From a bacterium (lineage in GTDB: Bacteria > Patescibacteriota > Patescibacteriia > UBA2591 > JAZDFN01): a DNA stretch of 48,301 nt. This document shows, piece after piece, positions 33,714 to 40,858 of this stretch. Both the position numbers and the translations under genes were made by a program. The DNA is taken from the NCBI GenBank assembly GCA_043807885.1, contig JAZDFN010000019.1, positions 1 through 48,301 of the forward strand, in the 5' to 3' direction. Within the stretch, counting starts at the first letter, position 1, and each line of letters starts with the position of its first letter. The notes under the pieces are model-generated. The model was not told the DNA's origin, did no database searches, and worked only from the letters and a program-made list of their open reading frames with translations.

Positions 33714-34577
33714 ATGGCGGAACAAAATCAACAAGCCCGCCGTGACTCACCTGCCGGCGAGGCAGGCGAGCAGGCGAGGCAGGCCGAAATCGGGATTTTT
33801 GGCGGTTCGGGTTTTTATGATTTGCTGGAAAATTTACAGGAAGCTGAAATTGAAACTGAATACGGCCGGCCGAGCGACAAAATAATGCTGGGAGAATACC
33901 AGGGCAAAAAAATCTCGTTTTTGGCGCGGCATGGCCGGAATCATAATTTGCCGCCTCATCAGATAAATTACCGGGCCAATATCATGGCTTTCAAAAAATT
34001 GGGCGTGACCAGGATTATCGCCCCCTGCGCCGCCGGTTCGCTCCAGCCGAATATCAAGCCCGGCGATTTCGTGGCCTGCGCTCAATTTGTTGATCGGACC
34101 CGTAACCGGGTTGATTCTTTTTTCAACGGCCCGCAAGTGGCCCACATTGCCGGCGCCGACCCCTATTGCCCGCAACTGTCCCGATTAGCCATTGAGACAG
34201 CGAATAATTTAGGCATTAAGATCCATCCGTCAGGCACGGTGGTCGTGATCAACGGCCCGCGTTTTTCCACCCGGGCGGAAAGCCGTTGGTTTTCCCAACA
34301 GGGCTGGGAAGTAATTAACATGACCCAGTATCCGGAAGCGATTTTGGCCCGGGAAGCGGAGATTTGTTATACCGGCATTGCCTTGATTACCGATTTTGAC
34401 GCCGGTTTGGAAGGGATGCAGGATATTCCGCCAGTGACCATTGAAGAGGTCTTGAAAGTGTTTAAGGCCAATAACGAAAAAGCCAAGCAATTGATTTTGG
34501 CAATGACAACCGCGATGCCGGAGAACAGGGAGTGTCAATGCGCCAGCGCTTTAGCCGGAGCGATTATCTCAAAATAA
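33714..34577 (+). CDS. mtnP: S-methyl-5'-thioadenosine phosphorylase (PNP family)
   Basis: IGIFGGSGFYDL, FLARHGRNHNLPPHQINYRANI, INMTQYPEA. 25-aa charged N-terminal extension. Confidence 0.85.
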   Translation: MAEQNQQARRDSPAGEAGEQARQAEIGIFGGSGFYDLLENLQEAEIETEYGRPSDKIMLGEYQGKKISFLARHGRNHNLPPHQINYRANIMAFKKLGVTRIIAPCAAGSLQPNIKPGDFVACAQFVDRTRNRVDSFFNGPQVAHIAGADPYCPQLSRLAIETANNLGIKIHPSGTVVVINGPRFSTRAESRWFSQQGWEVINMTQYPEAILAREAEICYTGIALITDFDAGLEGMQDIPPVTIEEVLKVFKANNEKAKQLILAMTTAMPENRECQCASALAGAIISK

Positions 34578-35852
34578 ATGAATCATTTTATCCAACAGCT
34601 TAAAACCAGTACCGTGGTCAGAAACAGCGCCATTCTGTTTATCGGTACGATGATTTTTAATATTTTGAATTATGTTTATCATTTGGTGATGAGCCGGATG
34701 CTGTCAACCAATGACTTTGGCGAACTGGAATCATTGTTTGCTTTAATCTACCTCTTGGTAGTACCGGCGACCGCTCTGATGACCGTGGCCATGCGCTTCA
34801 GTTCGATTTACAAAGCGGAGAATAATTTGGCCAAGACCCGGCTTTTTTTAAAGAAGTTCAACCAATACCTGATTTTCATCAGTTTATTGATTATTTTGTC
34901 AGCGCTGATTTTCGGTTCGCTGATTGCCGGCTTCCTGAAATTGGAAAACCGCCAGCCCGTAGTTTTACTGGGTTTGTTCATGGCTTTTTATCTGTTCGCT
35001 CTTTTGGGGCAAGGCGTTCTGCAGGGCTGGCAGAAATTCAGTAGCGTGTCCGTGGCCCTGGTGGTCCAAGGCGTTTTGAAAGTGGGGTTGGCAATTCTTT
35101 TTGTCTGGCTGGCCTGGGGCGTCAGCGGAGCGATTGGCGGGGTGATGGCCGCGGCGCTGGCTTTTTTCCTGATGATTATCTATTTTCAGAAACGGCTGTT
35201 TAGACAAAATGATGAAAATAAGGCCACCCGGATCGAATATCAGGAAATTTGGCGATATTGCTGGCCGGTTTTTTTCACTCTTTTGGCCATCACCGCTTTG
35301 TATAATGTTGACATGATGCTGGTTAAGCATTTTTTTGACGCCGAGACCGCCGGCAATTACGGCGCTTTGGCGATATTGGGCAAAATTATTTTTTTCGCCA
35401 CCGCGCCTCTCATCAGCGTGATGTTCCCGATGGTGGCCGAGAGCCACCGTCTGCGGGGCGATTACCAGAAGGTTTTAAAGCAATCATTGGGGTTGGTTTT
35501 GGTCGTGGGCTTGTCGCCGGTAATTTTGTATTTCTGCTGGCCGAAATTGATTATCGCTCTTTTGGTGGGCAGTAAGTTTTTGGCCATGGCGCCTTATCTC
35601 GGTTGGTTGGGTCTAGCTATCTTTTTTGTCAGCTTGATTAATTTTTTAGCTAATTTTTTCCTCTCAATCCAAAAGAGGAAATTTATTTATTTTATCATTT
35701 TGGGTGTTTTGGCTTTAGTGGTTTTAATGAGTGTTTATCACCGGACTTTATGGCAAGTTATGGGGGTGATGAATGGCGTGATGGCGGGGATTTTTCTTTT
35801 GCTCTTGGGCTATTTTTTCAAATCCGCCGGCGGGCGGAAAAAAAGTGCCTGA
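34578..35852 (+). CDS. Wzx/MurJ-superfamily oligosaccharide/lipid flippase (polysaccharide biosynthesis protein)
   Basis: About 12 predicted TM segments throughout. ATG abuts the mtnP stop. Its stop overlaps the comEC start (TGATG). Confidence 0.7.
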   Translation: MNHFIQQLKTSTVVRNSAILFIGTMIFNILNYVYHLVMSRMLSTNDFGELESLFALIYLLVVPATALMTVAMRFSSIYKAENNLAKTRLFLKKFNQYLIFISLLIILSALIFGSLIAGFLKLENRQPVVLLGLFMAFYLFALLGQGVLQGWQKFSSVSVALVVQGVLKVGLAILFVWLAWGVSGAIGGVMAAALAFFLMIIYFQKRLFRQNDENKATRIEYQEIWRYCWPVFFTLLAITALYNVDMMLVKHFFDAETAGNYGALAILGKIIFFATAPLISVMFPMVAESHRLRGDYQKVLKQSLGLVLVVGLSPVILYFCWPKLIIALLVGSKFLAMAPYLGWLGLAIFFVSLINFLANFFLSIQKRKFIYFIILGVLALVVLMSVYHRTLWQVMGVMNGVMAGIFLLLLGYFFKSAGGRKKSA

Positions 35853-37303
35853 TGGCTAAGGCGAAAATTTTTCTTTGGCTCGGTTTGAGTTTTATTGCCG
35901 GCATCGCTCTCCGTTCCTGGCTGAACATTAATAATTTTCCGGCCTATTTAGCGTTTTTGGTTTGCTTGGCCTGGCTCATTATCTTTTGGCAAAATCGAAA
36001 AATTCGGTTGGTTGGATTAGGAGGGATTTTTTTATTTTTGGGAATTTTAAGGTTTAATTTGAATTTGCCGGTAATTGATGACCGGCATATTGCTTTTTAT
36101 CACAACCGGCCTTTAAATTTTGTCGGCGTAATTAAAAAAGAGCCGGACCAACGGCTTAATCAGGTTAAATTAACAATCGGCGATATCAATATTTTAGGTC
36201 AGGCGATTGAGGGGCAAGTATTAATCAGCGCCAATTTGTATCCGGCTTACCAGTATGGCGATAGGTTGAAAATAAATTGTGCTTTGACAGCGCCCGGCAA
36301 AATTGAGGATTTTGATTATGACCGGTATCTGGCGCGTTATGATATTTATTCGGTTTGCTATTACCCTAAAATAGAATTAATTGCTCAAAGGCAGGGCAGT
36401 AAATTCTATCAGGCAATCTTGAAAATAAAAGGTGAGTTGCAAACGGTTATCAATCAAACATTGCCTGAACCCCAGGCCGCCCTATTGAGCGGGATAATTT
36501 TGGGGGAGCGGGGGAATATTACGGCTGAATGGCAGCAGCGCTTTGCCCGCGCCGGCATCAGCCATATTATTGCCATTTCCGGTATGAACATTACTATCAT
36601 TGCCGGCTTATTGGTGAACTTAATGCTGTTACTGGCTATTGGCCGGCGGAAAGGTTTTTATTTAGCGGTTTTGGTTTTAATTGTTTTCATTATTTTGATC
36701 GGCGCGCCGGCTTCAGCCGTCCGCGCCGGCATCATGGGCATCCTGCTCCTTTTGGCCCAGCAAACCGGCCGGCTGGGCCAGCCGCTCAATATTTTGGTTT
36801 TCACGGCCGGCGTCATGCTGGCAATCAACCCCTTGCTCTTAAAGTCCGATGTCGGTTGGCAATTATCTTTTTTAGCCGTCCTGGGCATTCTTTATTTCAA
36901 GCCGTTTTTAGAAAAAATAAAATCAGAGAAAAGAGACAATTGGCAAATCAGGGAATCGCTGGAAATGACTTTAGCCGCCCAATTTATCACTTTGCCATTG
37001 TTAGTTTTTAATTTCGGCCAATGGTCGCTGATTGCCCCCTTAGCCAATCTTTTAATCCTGCCGGTCTTGCCTTTGTTAACCATGGCCGGCCTGTTGGCGC
37101 CTTTGCTCGGCTTATTGTGGTTGCCTTTGGCTAAGATTTTGTTCTGGCCAATCTGGCTGGTTTTAAGTTATATTCTAAAAGTGGTGGCCATTGCCGATGC
37201 TTTGCCTTTTGCCGCTTGGCAGATAAAATTTCCCTGGTGGCTGGTTGGTCTGGCCTATATTATAATTTTTTTCTGGCTTTGGCGGGAAAATCGCCGTTTA
37301 TGA
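35852..37303 (+). CDS. comEC: ComEC/Rec2 DNA-uptake channel, N-terminal (DUF4131/OB) and competence membrane domains only
   Basis: Start ATG 35852 (MAKAKIFLWLGLSFIAG). FARAGISHIIAISGMNITI competence-domain motif. Many TM helices. Ends in an ATGA overlap with the next gene. Confidence 0.85.
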   Translation: MAKAKIFLWLGLSFIAGIALRSWLNINNFPAYLAFLVCLAWLIIFWQNRKIRLVGLGGIFLFLGILRFNLNLPVIDDRHIAFYHNRPLNFVGVIKKEPDQRLNQVKLTIGDINILGQAIEGQVLISANLYPAYQYGDRLKINCALTAPGKIEDFDYDRYLARYDIYSVCYYPKIELIAQRQGSKFYQAILKIKGELQTVINQTLPEPQAALLSGIILGERGNITAEWQQRFARAGISHIIAISGMNITIIAGLLVNLMLLLAIGRRKGFYLAVLVLIVFIILIGAPASAVRAGIMGILLLLAQQTGRLGQPLNILVFTAGVMLAINPLLLKSDVGWQLSFLAVLGILYFKPFLEKIKSEKRDNWQIRESLEMTLAAQFITLPLLVFNFGQWSLIAPLANLLILPVLPLLTMAGLLAPLLGLLWLPLAKILFWPIWLVLSYILKVVAIADALPFAAWQIKFPWWLVGLAYIIIFFWLWRENRRL

Positions 37304-38151
37304 AAAATCAAAAATTATTTATTTTTTTAGCGATTGCCTTGATGGCGGTTTTGCTGGTCTTGGGCATTTTGTCCCGGCAAGCGCCAAAGGACAATTTTTT
37401 GGTGGCTTTTTTGAATGTCGGACAAGGCGATGCCATTTTCATCAGGACGCCGGATCAACGCCGGATTATCATCGACGGCGGGCCGGATAACAAAGCGCTG
37501 TCAGAACTGGGCCGGCATTTGCCTTTCTTCAAACAAAGGATTGATTTAATGATCTTGACCCATCCGGACAGCGACCATTTGACCGGCTTGGTGGAAATTT
37601 TGAAAAGGTATCCGACGAATCAAATTTTAACTACCGGCGTTTTGCACACTACGGCCGGTTATTTGGAATGGCTGAAATTGATTAAAGAGAAAAATATAGA
37701 GACCCAGATCGCTCGGGCCGGCCAGGAAATGGATTTTGGCGGGGCCAAATTGGCGGTTTTGTTTCCCATTCAGGATTTGAGCCAACAAAAAGTGGCGGAA
37801 CTTAATCAATCGTCAATTGTCATTAAATTAACTTACGGCCAGAATTGTTTTCTGTTAACCGGTGACGCCGACGCCGAGGTGGAAAAATTATTGTTGGCGT
37901 TGAAGATTGATTTGGCTTGCGAGGTCTTGAAAGTCAGTCATCATGGAAGCGACAGCGCTACCGGCGAAGAATTTTTAACAGCGGTTCAGCCGGCCTACGC
38001 CATTGTTTCAGTCGGGGAGAATCGATTTGGTTTGCCCTCCCGACGGATTATCAGTCGTCTTCGGCGGGCAGGGGCCGAGGTTTTGCAAACGAACGAATTG
38101 GGCGAAATTGTTTTTACCAGCGATGGCCAAGCTTTACAGGTTAGCCATTAA
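37300..38151 (+). CDS. ComEC-type metallo-beta-lactamase domain protein encoded as a separate ORF with its own TM anchor
   Basis: ATG 37300 overlaps comEC stop 37301-37303. FLNVGQGDAIFIRTP and THPDSDHLTGL (HxHxDH-type) motifs, plus KVSHHGS. Confidence 0.85.
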   Translation: MKNQKLFIFLAIALMAVLLVLGILSRQAPKDNFLVAFLNVGQGDAIFIRTPDQRRIIIDGGPDNKALSELGRHLPFFKQRIDLMILTHPDSDHLTGLVEILKRYPTNQILTTGVLHTTAGYLEWLKLIKEKNIETQIARAGQEMDFGGAKLAVLFPIQDLSQQKVAELNQSSIVIKLTYGQNCFLLTGDADAEVEKLLLALKIDLACEVLKVSHHGSDSATGEEFLTAVQPAYAIVSVGENRFGLPSRRIISRLRRAGAEVLQTNELGEIVFTSDGQALQVSH

Positions 38152-38191
38152 TTGCTATAATTCAATCAATAGTTTTTTTAATTATTTTTCT

Positions 38192-38779
38192 ATGGAAAGA
38201 TCATTGGTTTTAATCAAACCCGACGGGATCCAGCGCAACTTAATCGGCGAGATTCTCAGCCGGTTTGAGAAAGTCGGTTTGAAACTGACGGCGCTCAAGT
38301 TTTTAATCCCGACCAAAGAGCAGGCCCATGACCATTATGTCAAGAACGAAGCGGAAATCACGGCTTTGGGTCGGCGCTCCATTGACGGCAAAAAGAAAGG
38401 CGGCCAAGTCGTCAATGACGACCCGACCGAATTGGGCAAACAGATTGTTGACCGCTTGGTTCGGTTTCTTTCTTCCGGCCCGATTGTGGCCATGGTTTTG
38501 GAAGGCAATCAGGCCATCGCCATTGTCCGCAAGCTGGTCGGTTCCACCGAGCCCTTGCAGTCGGATGTCGGCACCATCCGGGGCGATTACACTTTGGACA
38601 CTTATGCCATTGCCGACACTGACAACCGATCAGTCCGGAACTTAGTCCACGCTTCGGCCAGTCCCGAAGAGGCCGAGCAGGAAATCAAGGTTTGGTTTGA
38701 AGAAAAAGAAATTTACAAGTACAACAGCGTCCGCGATAAGATTCTTTACGATGTCAATCTGGATAATATTAATGAGTAG
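38192..38779 (+). CDS. ndk: Nucleoside diphosphate kinase (long form with an internal insertion)
   Basis: MERSLVLIKPDGIQRNLIGEILSRFEK, SGPIVAMVLEG, TIRGDY, NLVHASAS (active-site His). Start at ATG 38192, not the 38003 extension that overlaps the MBL gene. Confidence 0.88.
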   Translation: MERSLVLIKPDGIQRNLIGEILSRFEKVGLKLTALKFLIPTKEQAHDHYVKNEAEITALGRRSIDGKKKGGQVVNDDPTELGKQIVDRLVRFLSSGPIVAMVLEGNQAIAIVRKLVGSTEPLQSDVGTIRGDYTLDTYAIADTDNRSVRNLVHASASPEEAEQEIKVWFEEKEIYKYNSVRDKILYDVNLDNINE

Positions 38780-38780
38780 C

Positions 38781-38809
38781 TTGACATCAATTCGTCGGTT
38801 TGCTACAAT
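38781..38809 (+). promoter_or_regulatory. Near-consensus sigma70 promoter
   Basis: TTGACA 38781-38786, exactly 17 nt, TACAAT 38804-38809. The predicted +1 coincides with the A of ATG 38816. Confidence 0.7.
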
Positions 38810-38815
38810 CATATT

Positions 38816-38923
38816 ATGAAAACTTTTGAAATAAACAATAACCAACGGCCAAATTGGCAGTTTAGCAACCGCCAAACTTTTATGTTTGGTTATTTTTATT
38901 TTTCAAAGGTGGCTGATGGATAA
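38816..38923 (+). CDS. Candidate leaderless 35-aa micro-ORF (or the 5' part of a roughly 160-nt small RNA)
   Basis: ATG begins 7 nt after the -10 hexamer. MKTFEINNNQRPNWQFSNRQTFMFGYFYFSKVADG*. Terminator at 38949-38973. Confidence 0.3.
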   Translation: MKTFEINNNQRPNWQFSNRQTFMFGYFYFSKVADG

Positions 38924-38948
38924 TTAGATTAATTTGTCATTATTCAAA

Positions 38949-38973
38949 GGCCGCTCCAATGGGCGGTCTTTTT
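38949..38973 (+). terminator. Intrinsic terminator-like hairpin
   Basis: GGCCGC-TCCAATGG-GCGGTC (one G-U) followed by TTTTT. Confidence 0.5.
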
Positions 38974-39014
38974 AATTAGTTCTTTTCGCTAACAATTAAT
39001 TTTTGGAGGATGTG

Positions 39015-39149
39015 ATGCAAGAAGGAGAAGAGATCCTAAAAGAAGAACAGTCAACAAAGAAAGAAGGAAAAAGAATAGAGGATCTGACTGAAAAGGAGTT
39101 ATGGTCATTGTCTTTGCTTTTGGCGGAAATCGGCCAGCATGGTTGTTAA
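39015..39149 (+). CDS. Candidate 44-aa small protein (below the ORF-track cutoff)
   Basis: GGAGGA SD 5 nt upstream of ATG 39015. MQEGEEILKEEQSTKKEGKRIEDLTEKELWSLSLLLAEIGQHGC*. A strong terminator follows. Confidence 0.45.
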   Translation: MQEGEEILKEEQSTKKEGKRIEDLTEKELWSLSLLLAEIGQHGC

Positions 39150-39155
39150 TATCTC

Positions 39156-39197
39156 GGGCGGCTTAAATTTATTTAAGTCGCCCCTTTTATTTTTTTC
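39156..39197 (+). terminator. Intrinsic terminator
   Basis: GGGCGGCTTAAA-TTTA-TTTAAGTCGCCC (12 bp, one G-U) followed by CTTTTATTTTTTT. Confidence 0.8.
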
Positions 39198-39245
39198 TAA
39201 TCTCTGCTAAGCTGGTAGATATTGAAATTATCGGGGTGTCGCCTG

Positions 39246-39260
39246 TCCGCCTTGGGCGGA
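39246..39260. repeat. GC-rich micro-hairpin inserted in the D-stem of the outer tRNA copy
   Basis: TCCGCC-TTG-GGCGGA. Confidence 0.8.
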
Positions 39261-39306
39261 TATACCGGTAGTACGCATGCATGGGGTGCCCGCCCGCCTT
39301 GACTGC

Positions 39307-39377
39307 CGGGGTGTCGTATACCGGTAGTACGCATGCATGGGGTGCATGTAGACGGAGTTCAATTCTCCGCACCCCGA
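39307..39377 (+). tRNA. tRNA-Pro, anticodon GGG (CCA not encoded)
   Basis: Hand fold. Acceptor CGGGGTG/CACCCCG plus A73. U8. D-arm GTAT-ACCGGTA-GTAC. Anticodon arm CATGC-AT[GGG]GT-GCATG. 4-nt variable loop TAGA. T-arm CGGAG-TTCAATT-CTCCG. The C1-G72/A73 combination is typical of bacterial tRNA-Pro. Confidence 0.85.
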
Positions 39378-39413
39378 TAGTCAAGGCAGTCGGGCGGGCA
39401 TGTAGACCGGGTT

Positions 39414-39443
39414 TCCGCCCGTGGCGGACCCGCCTTGGGCGGG
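39414..39443. repeat. Two adjacent GC-rich micro-hairpins replacing the 5' T-stem of the outer tRNA copy
   Basis: TCCGCC-CGT-GGCGGA (39414-39428) and CCCGCC-TTG-GGCGGG (39429-39443). Confidence 0.8.
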
Positions 39444-39465
39444 CAATTCTCCGCACCCCGAAAAT

Positions 39466-39502
39466 AAAATCGCCTGTCTTGGCGATTTTATTTGTTTTTT
39501 TT
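39466..39502. terminator. Bidirectional terminator shared by the tRNA locus (+) and rpmB (-)
   Basis: AAAATCGCC-TGTCTT-GGCGATTTT followed by ATTTGTTTTTTTT on the plus strand. The 3' arm overlaps the rpmB stop codon. Confidence 0.7.
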
Positions 39503-39661
39503 CAGCGTTTTGAGGCACCGGTTGCAAATTCTCAGTCGTTTCCCGTCGACAGTTTTGGCTTGGAGATTAAGATATTGCTTTTTTCTGGTGGCGATCATGG
39601 AATGGCTGCGGGAAATTTTTATCTGGGGCCCGCGCCGGCAGATATCGCAAACTTTGGACAT
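39488..39661 (-). CDS. rpmB: 50S ribosomal protein L28 (57 aa; absent from the ORF track because it is under 60 aa)
   Basis: Hand translation of the minus strand: MSKVCDICRRGPQIKISRSHSMIATRKKQYLNLQAKTVDGKRLRICNRCLKTLKKNK*. L28 hallmarks M-x-K-x-C, SHS...T(R/K)K, NLQ. Confidence 0.85.
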   Translation of the reverse strand: MSKVCDICRRGPQIKISRSHSMIATRKKQYLNLQAKTVDGKRLRICNRCLKTLKKNK

Positions 39662-39726
39662 AACTTTGAAAAATTAAAAGAATTATGGTAGTATTATTGT
39701 AACGGAACAAAATTAATTTGTCAATT

Positions 39727-40350
39727 ATGGATTCCATTGTCTTGGTTTTTTCTTTCATTGCCGTCATCCTGTCCTTGAGCGTCCATGAGTACGCCCACGC
39801 CTGGATGGCCGACCATTTGGGAGATTCAACGGCTAAACAATATGGCCGGCTGACTTTGAACCCCTTAAAGCACATTGATTTGGTGGGCACGATTCTTTTA
39901 CCTTTGTTTTTGTTTTTGGCTTCCAGCCCGGCTTTGTTTGGCTATGCCAAGCCCGTGCCTTTTAATCCGTTTAATTTAAGGAGCCAAAAATGGGGCCCGG
40001 CTTGGGTCGGTCTGGCCGGTCCGATGGCCAATTTGCTGCTGGTCGTGGTTTTCGGCTTGTTAATTCGTTTTTTGCCCGTGTCCGGGCTGACTTCATTTTT
40101 TTTCATTATTGTTCTGGTCAATATCGGGCTGATGGTTTTCAATTTGATCCCGATTCCGCCTTTGGACGGATCCAAACTGGTTTACGCGCTTTTGCCGGTT
40201 TCTTTGGACAATTTCAAGTTTTGGCTGGAGCGCTGGGGTTTTATCGTCCTGCTGGGCTTGATTTTCTTGGTCCCCGGCTGGTTGAACTATATTTTGAGCC
40301 CGATTATGAATAGCTTGGTTTTTTGGCTGACCGGCTATTCGATAACTTGA
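39727..40350 (+). CDS. Site-2 protease family (M50) membrane metalloprotease
   Basis: HEYAHAWMADHLGD (HExxH) in the first TM region, NLIPIPPLDGSKL motif, multiple TM helices. ATG 39727 preferred; TTG 39718 possible. Confidence 0.85.
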   Translation: MDSIVLVFSFIAVILSLSVHEYAHAWMADHLGDSTAKQYGRLTLNPLKHIDLVGTILLPLFLFLASSPALFGYAKPVPFNPFNLRSQKWGPAWVGLAGPMANLLLVVVFGLLIRFLPVSGLTSFFFIIVLVNIGLMVFNLIPIPPLDGSKLVYALLPVSLDNFKFWLERWGFIVLLGLIFLVPGWLNYILSPIMNSLVFWLTGYSIT

Positions 40351-40374
40351 CTATTTTCCCCAGTTTATTATAAT
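40347..40374 (+). promoter_or_regulatory. Candidate rpsL promoter
   Basis: TTGACT 40347-40352, 16 nt, TATAAT 40369-40374. ATG 40403. Confidence 0.55.
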
Positions 40375-40402
40375 AACCACAATGAAATTAACTCATTAAG
40401 TT

Positions 40403-40819
40403 ATGCCTACGATTAACCAATTAGTCCGCAAAGGGCGGAAGACAACCAAAAAGAAAAGCAAGACCCCGGCTTTGGAAACGACTTTGAATACTTTAAGGCG
40501 CCGGCGGACGAAACTGTCCAAGGGCAGTTCTTTTAAGCGCGGGGTTTGTTTGAAAGTGACGACCAAGACCCCCAAAAAGCCGAACTCGGCTTTGCGCAAG
40601 GTGGCTCGGGTGCGCTTGAGCAACGGCATGGAAGTCACCGCCTATATTCCCGGCGAAGGCCATAACTTGCAGGAGCACAGCATTGTCTTGGTGCGGGGCG
40701 GGCGGGTCAAGGATTTGCCGGGCGTCCGCTATAAAGTGATTCGAGGCGTCTTTGATACTCAAGGCGTGGAAGCCCGCAAGCAGGCTCGGTCCCGTTACGG
40801 CACCAAACGGCCGAAATAA
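40403..40819 (+). CDS. rpsL: 30S ribosomal protein S12
   Basis: [13 protein letters not shown]..., [26 protein letters not shown]. Confidence 0.97.
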   Translation: MPTINQLVRKGRKTTKKKSKTPALETTLNTLRRRRTKLSKGSSFKRGVCLKVTTKTPKKPNSALRKVARVRLSNGMEVTAYIPGEGHNLQEHSIVLVRGGRVKDLPGVRYKVIRGVFDTQGVEARKQARSRYGTKRPK

Positions 40820-40858
40820 TATTTGAAATCTAATTAAATATTTTTTAACAACAAAACC

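Larger units (their letters stand above)
39232..39461 (+). pseudogene. Outer, interrupted copy of tRNA-Pro(GGG) that encloses the intact tRNA gene
   Basis: 39232-39241 and 39261-39289 equal nt 1-10 and 11-39/40 of the inner tRNA. 39400-39407 equals ATGTAGAC and 39444-39461 equals CAATTCTCCGCACCCCGA. Interrupted by a 19-nt insert (39242-39260), a 110-nt insert carrying the inner tRNA (39290-39399), and a 36-nt replacement of the 5' T-stem (39408-39443). Confidence 0.7.

Noticed and set aside
35750-35851. N-terminal extensions proposed by the ORF track: comEC from 35750, the MBL gene from 37216, ndk from 38003, glnA to 19010, the helicase from 18939 and the 23047 start.
   Set aside because: The extensions overlap upstream genes or promoter regions and lack homology. 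Internal ATGs with coupling overlaps (TGATG, ATGA) or SD-like sequences give conventional N-termini.
608-39461. A genomic island bounded by the tRNA-Pro-like stub at 608-684 and the tRNA-Pro locus at 39232-39461.
   Set aside because: The interval contains core genes (ftsA, ftsZ, nrdJ, glnA, prfB, apt, ndk). The stub lies upstream rather than downstream of the tRNA, and no integrase is present. The similarity is better explained by a dispersed GC-rich element.
39232-39461. tmRNA, or a tRNA with a group I or archaeal-type intron.
   Set aside because: There is no tag-peptide reading frame or tmRNA pseudoknot-sized body. The insert is far too short for a group I intron and I see no bulge-helix-bulge motif at the junctions. 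The insert itself is a complete tRNA.
39187-39890. ORFs 39187-39456(-), 39281-39691(+), 39492-39677(+) and 39567-39890(-).
   Set aside because: They cover the structured tRNA-Pro locus, the rpmB gene and the start of the S2P protease gene. Their translations are Arg/Pro/Gly-rich because of the GC-rich hairpins.
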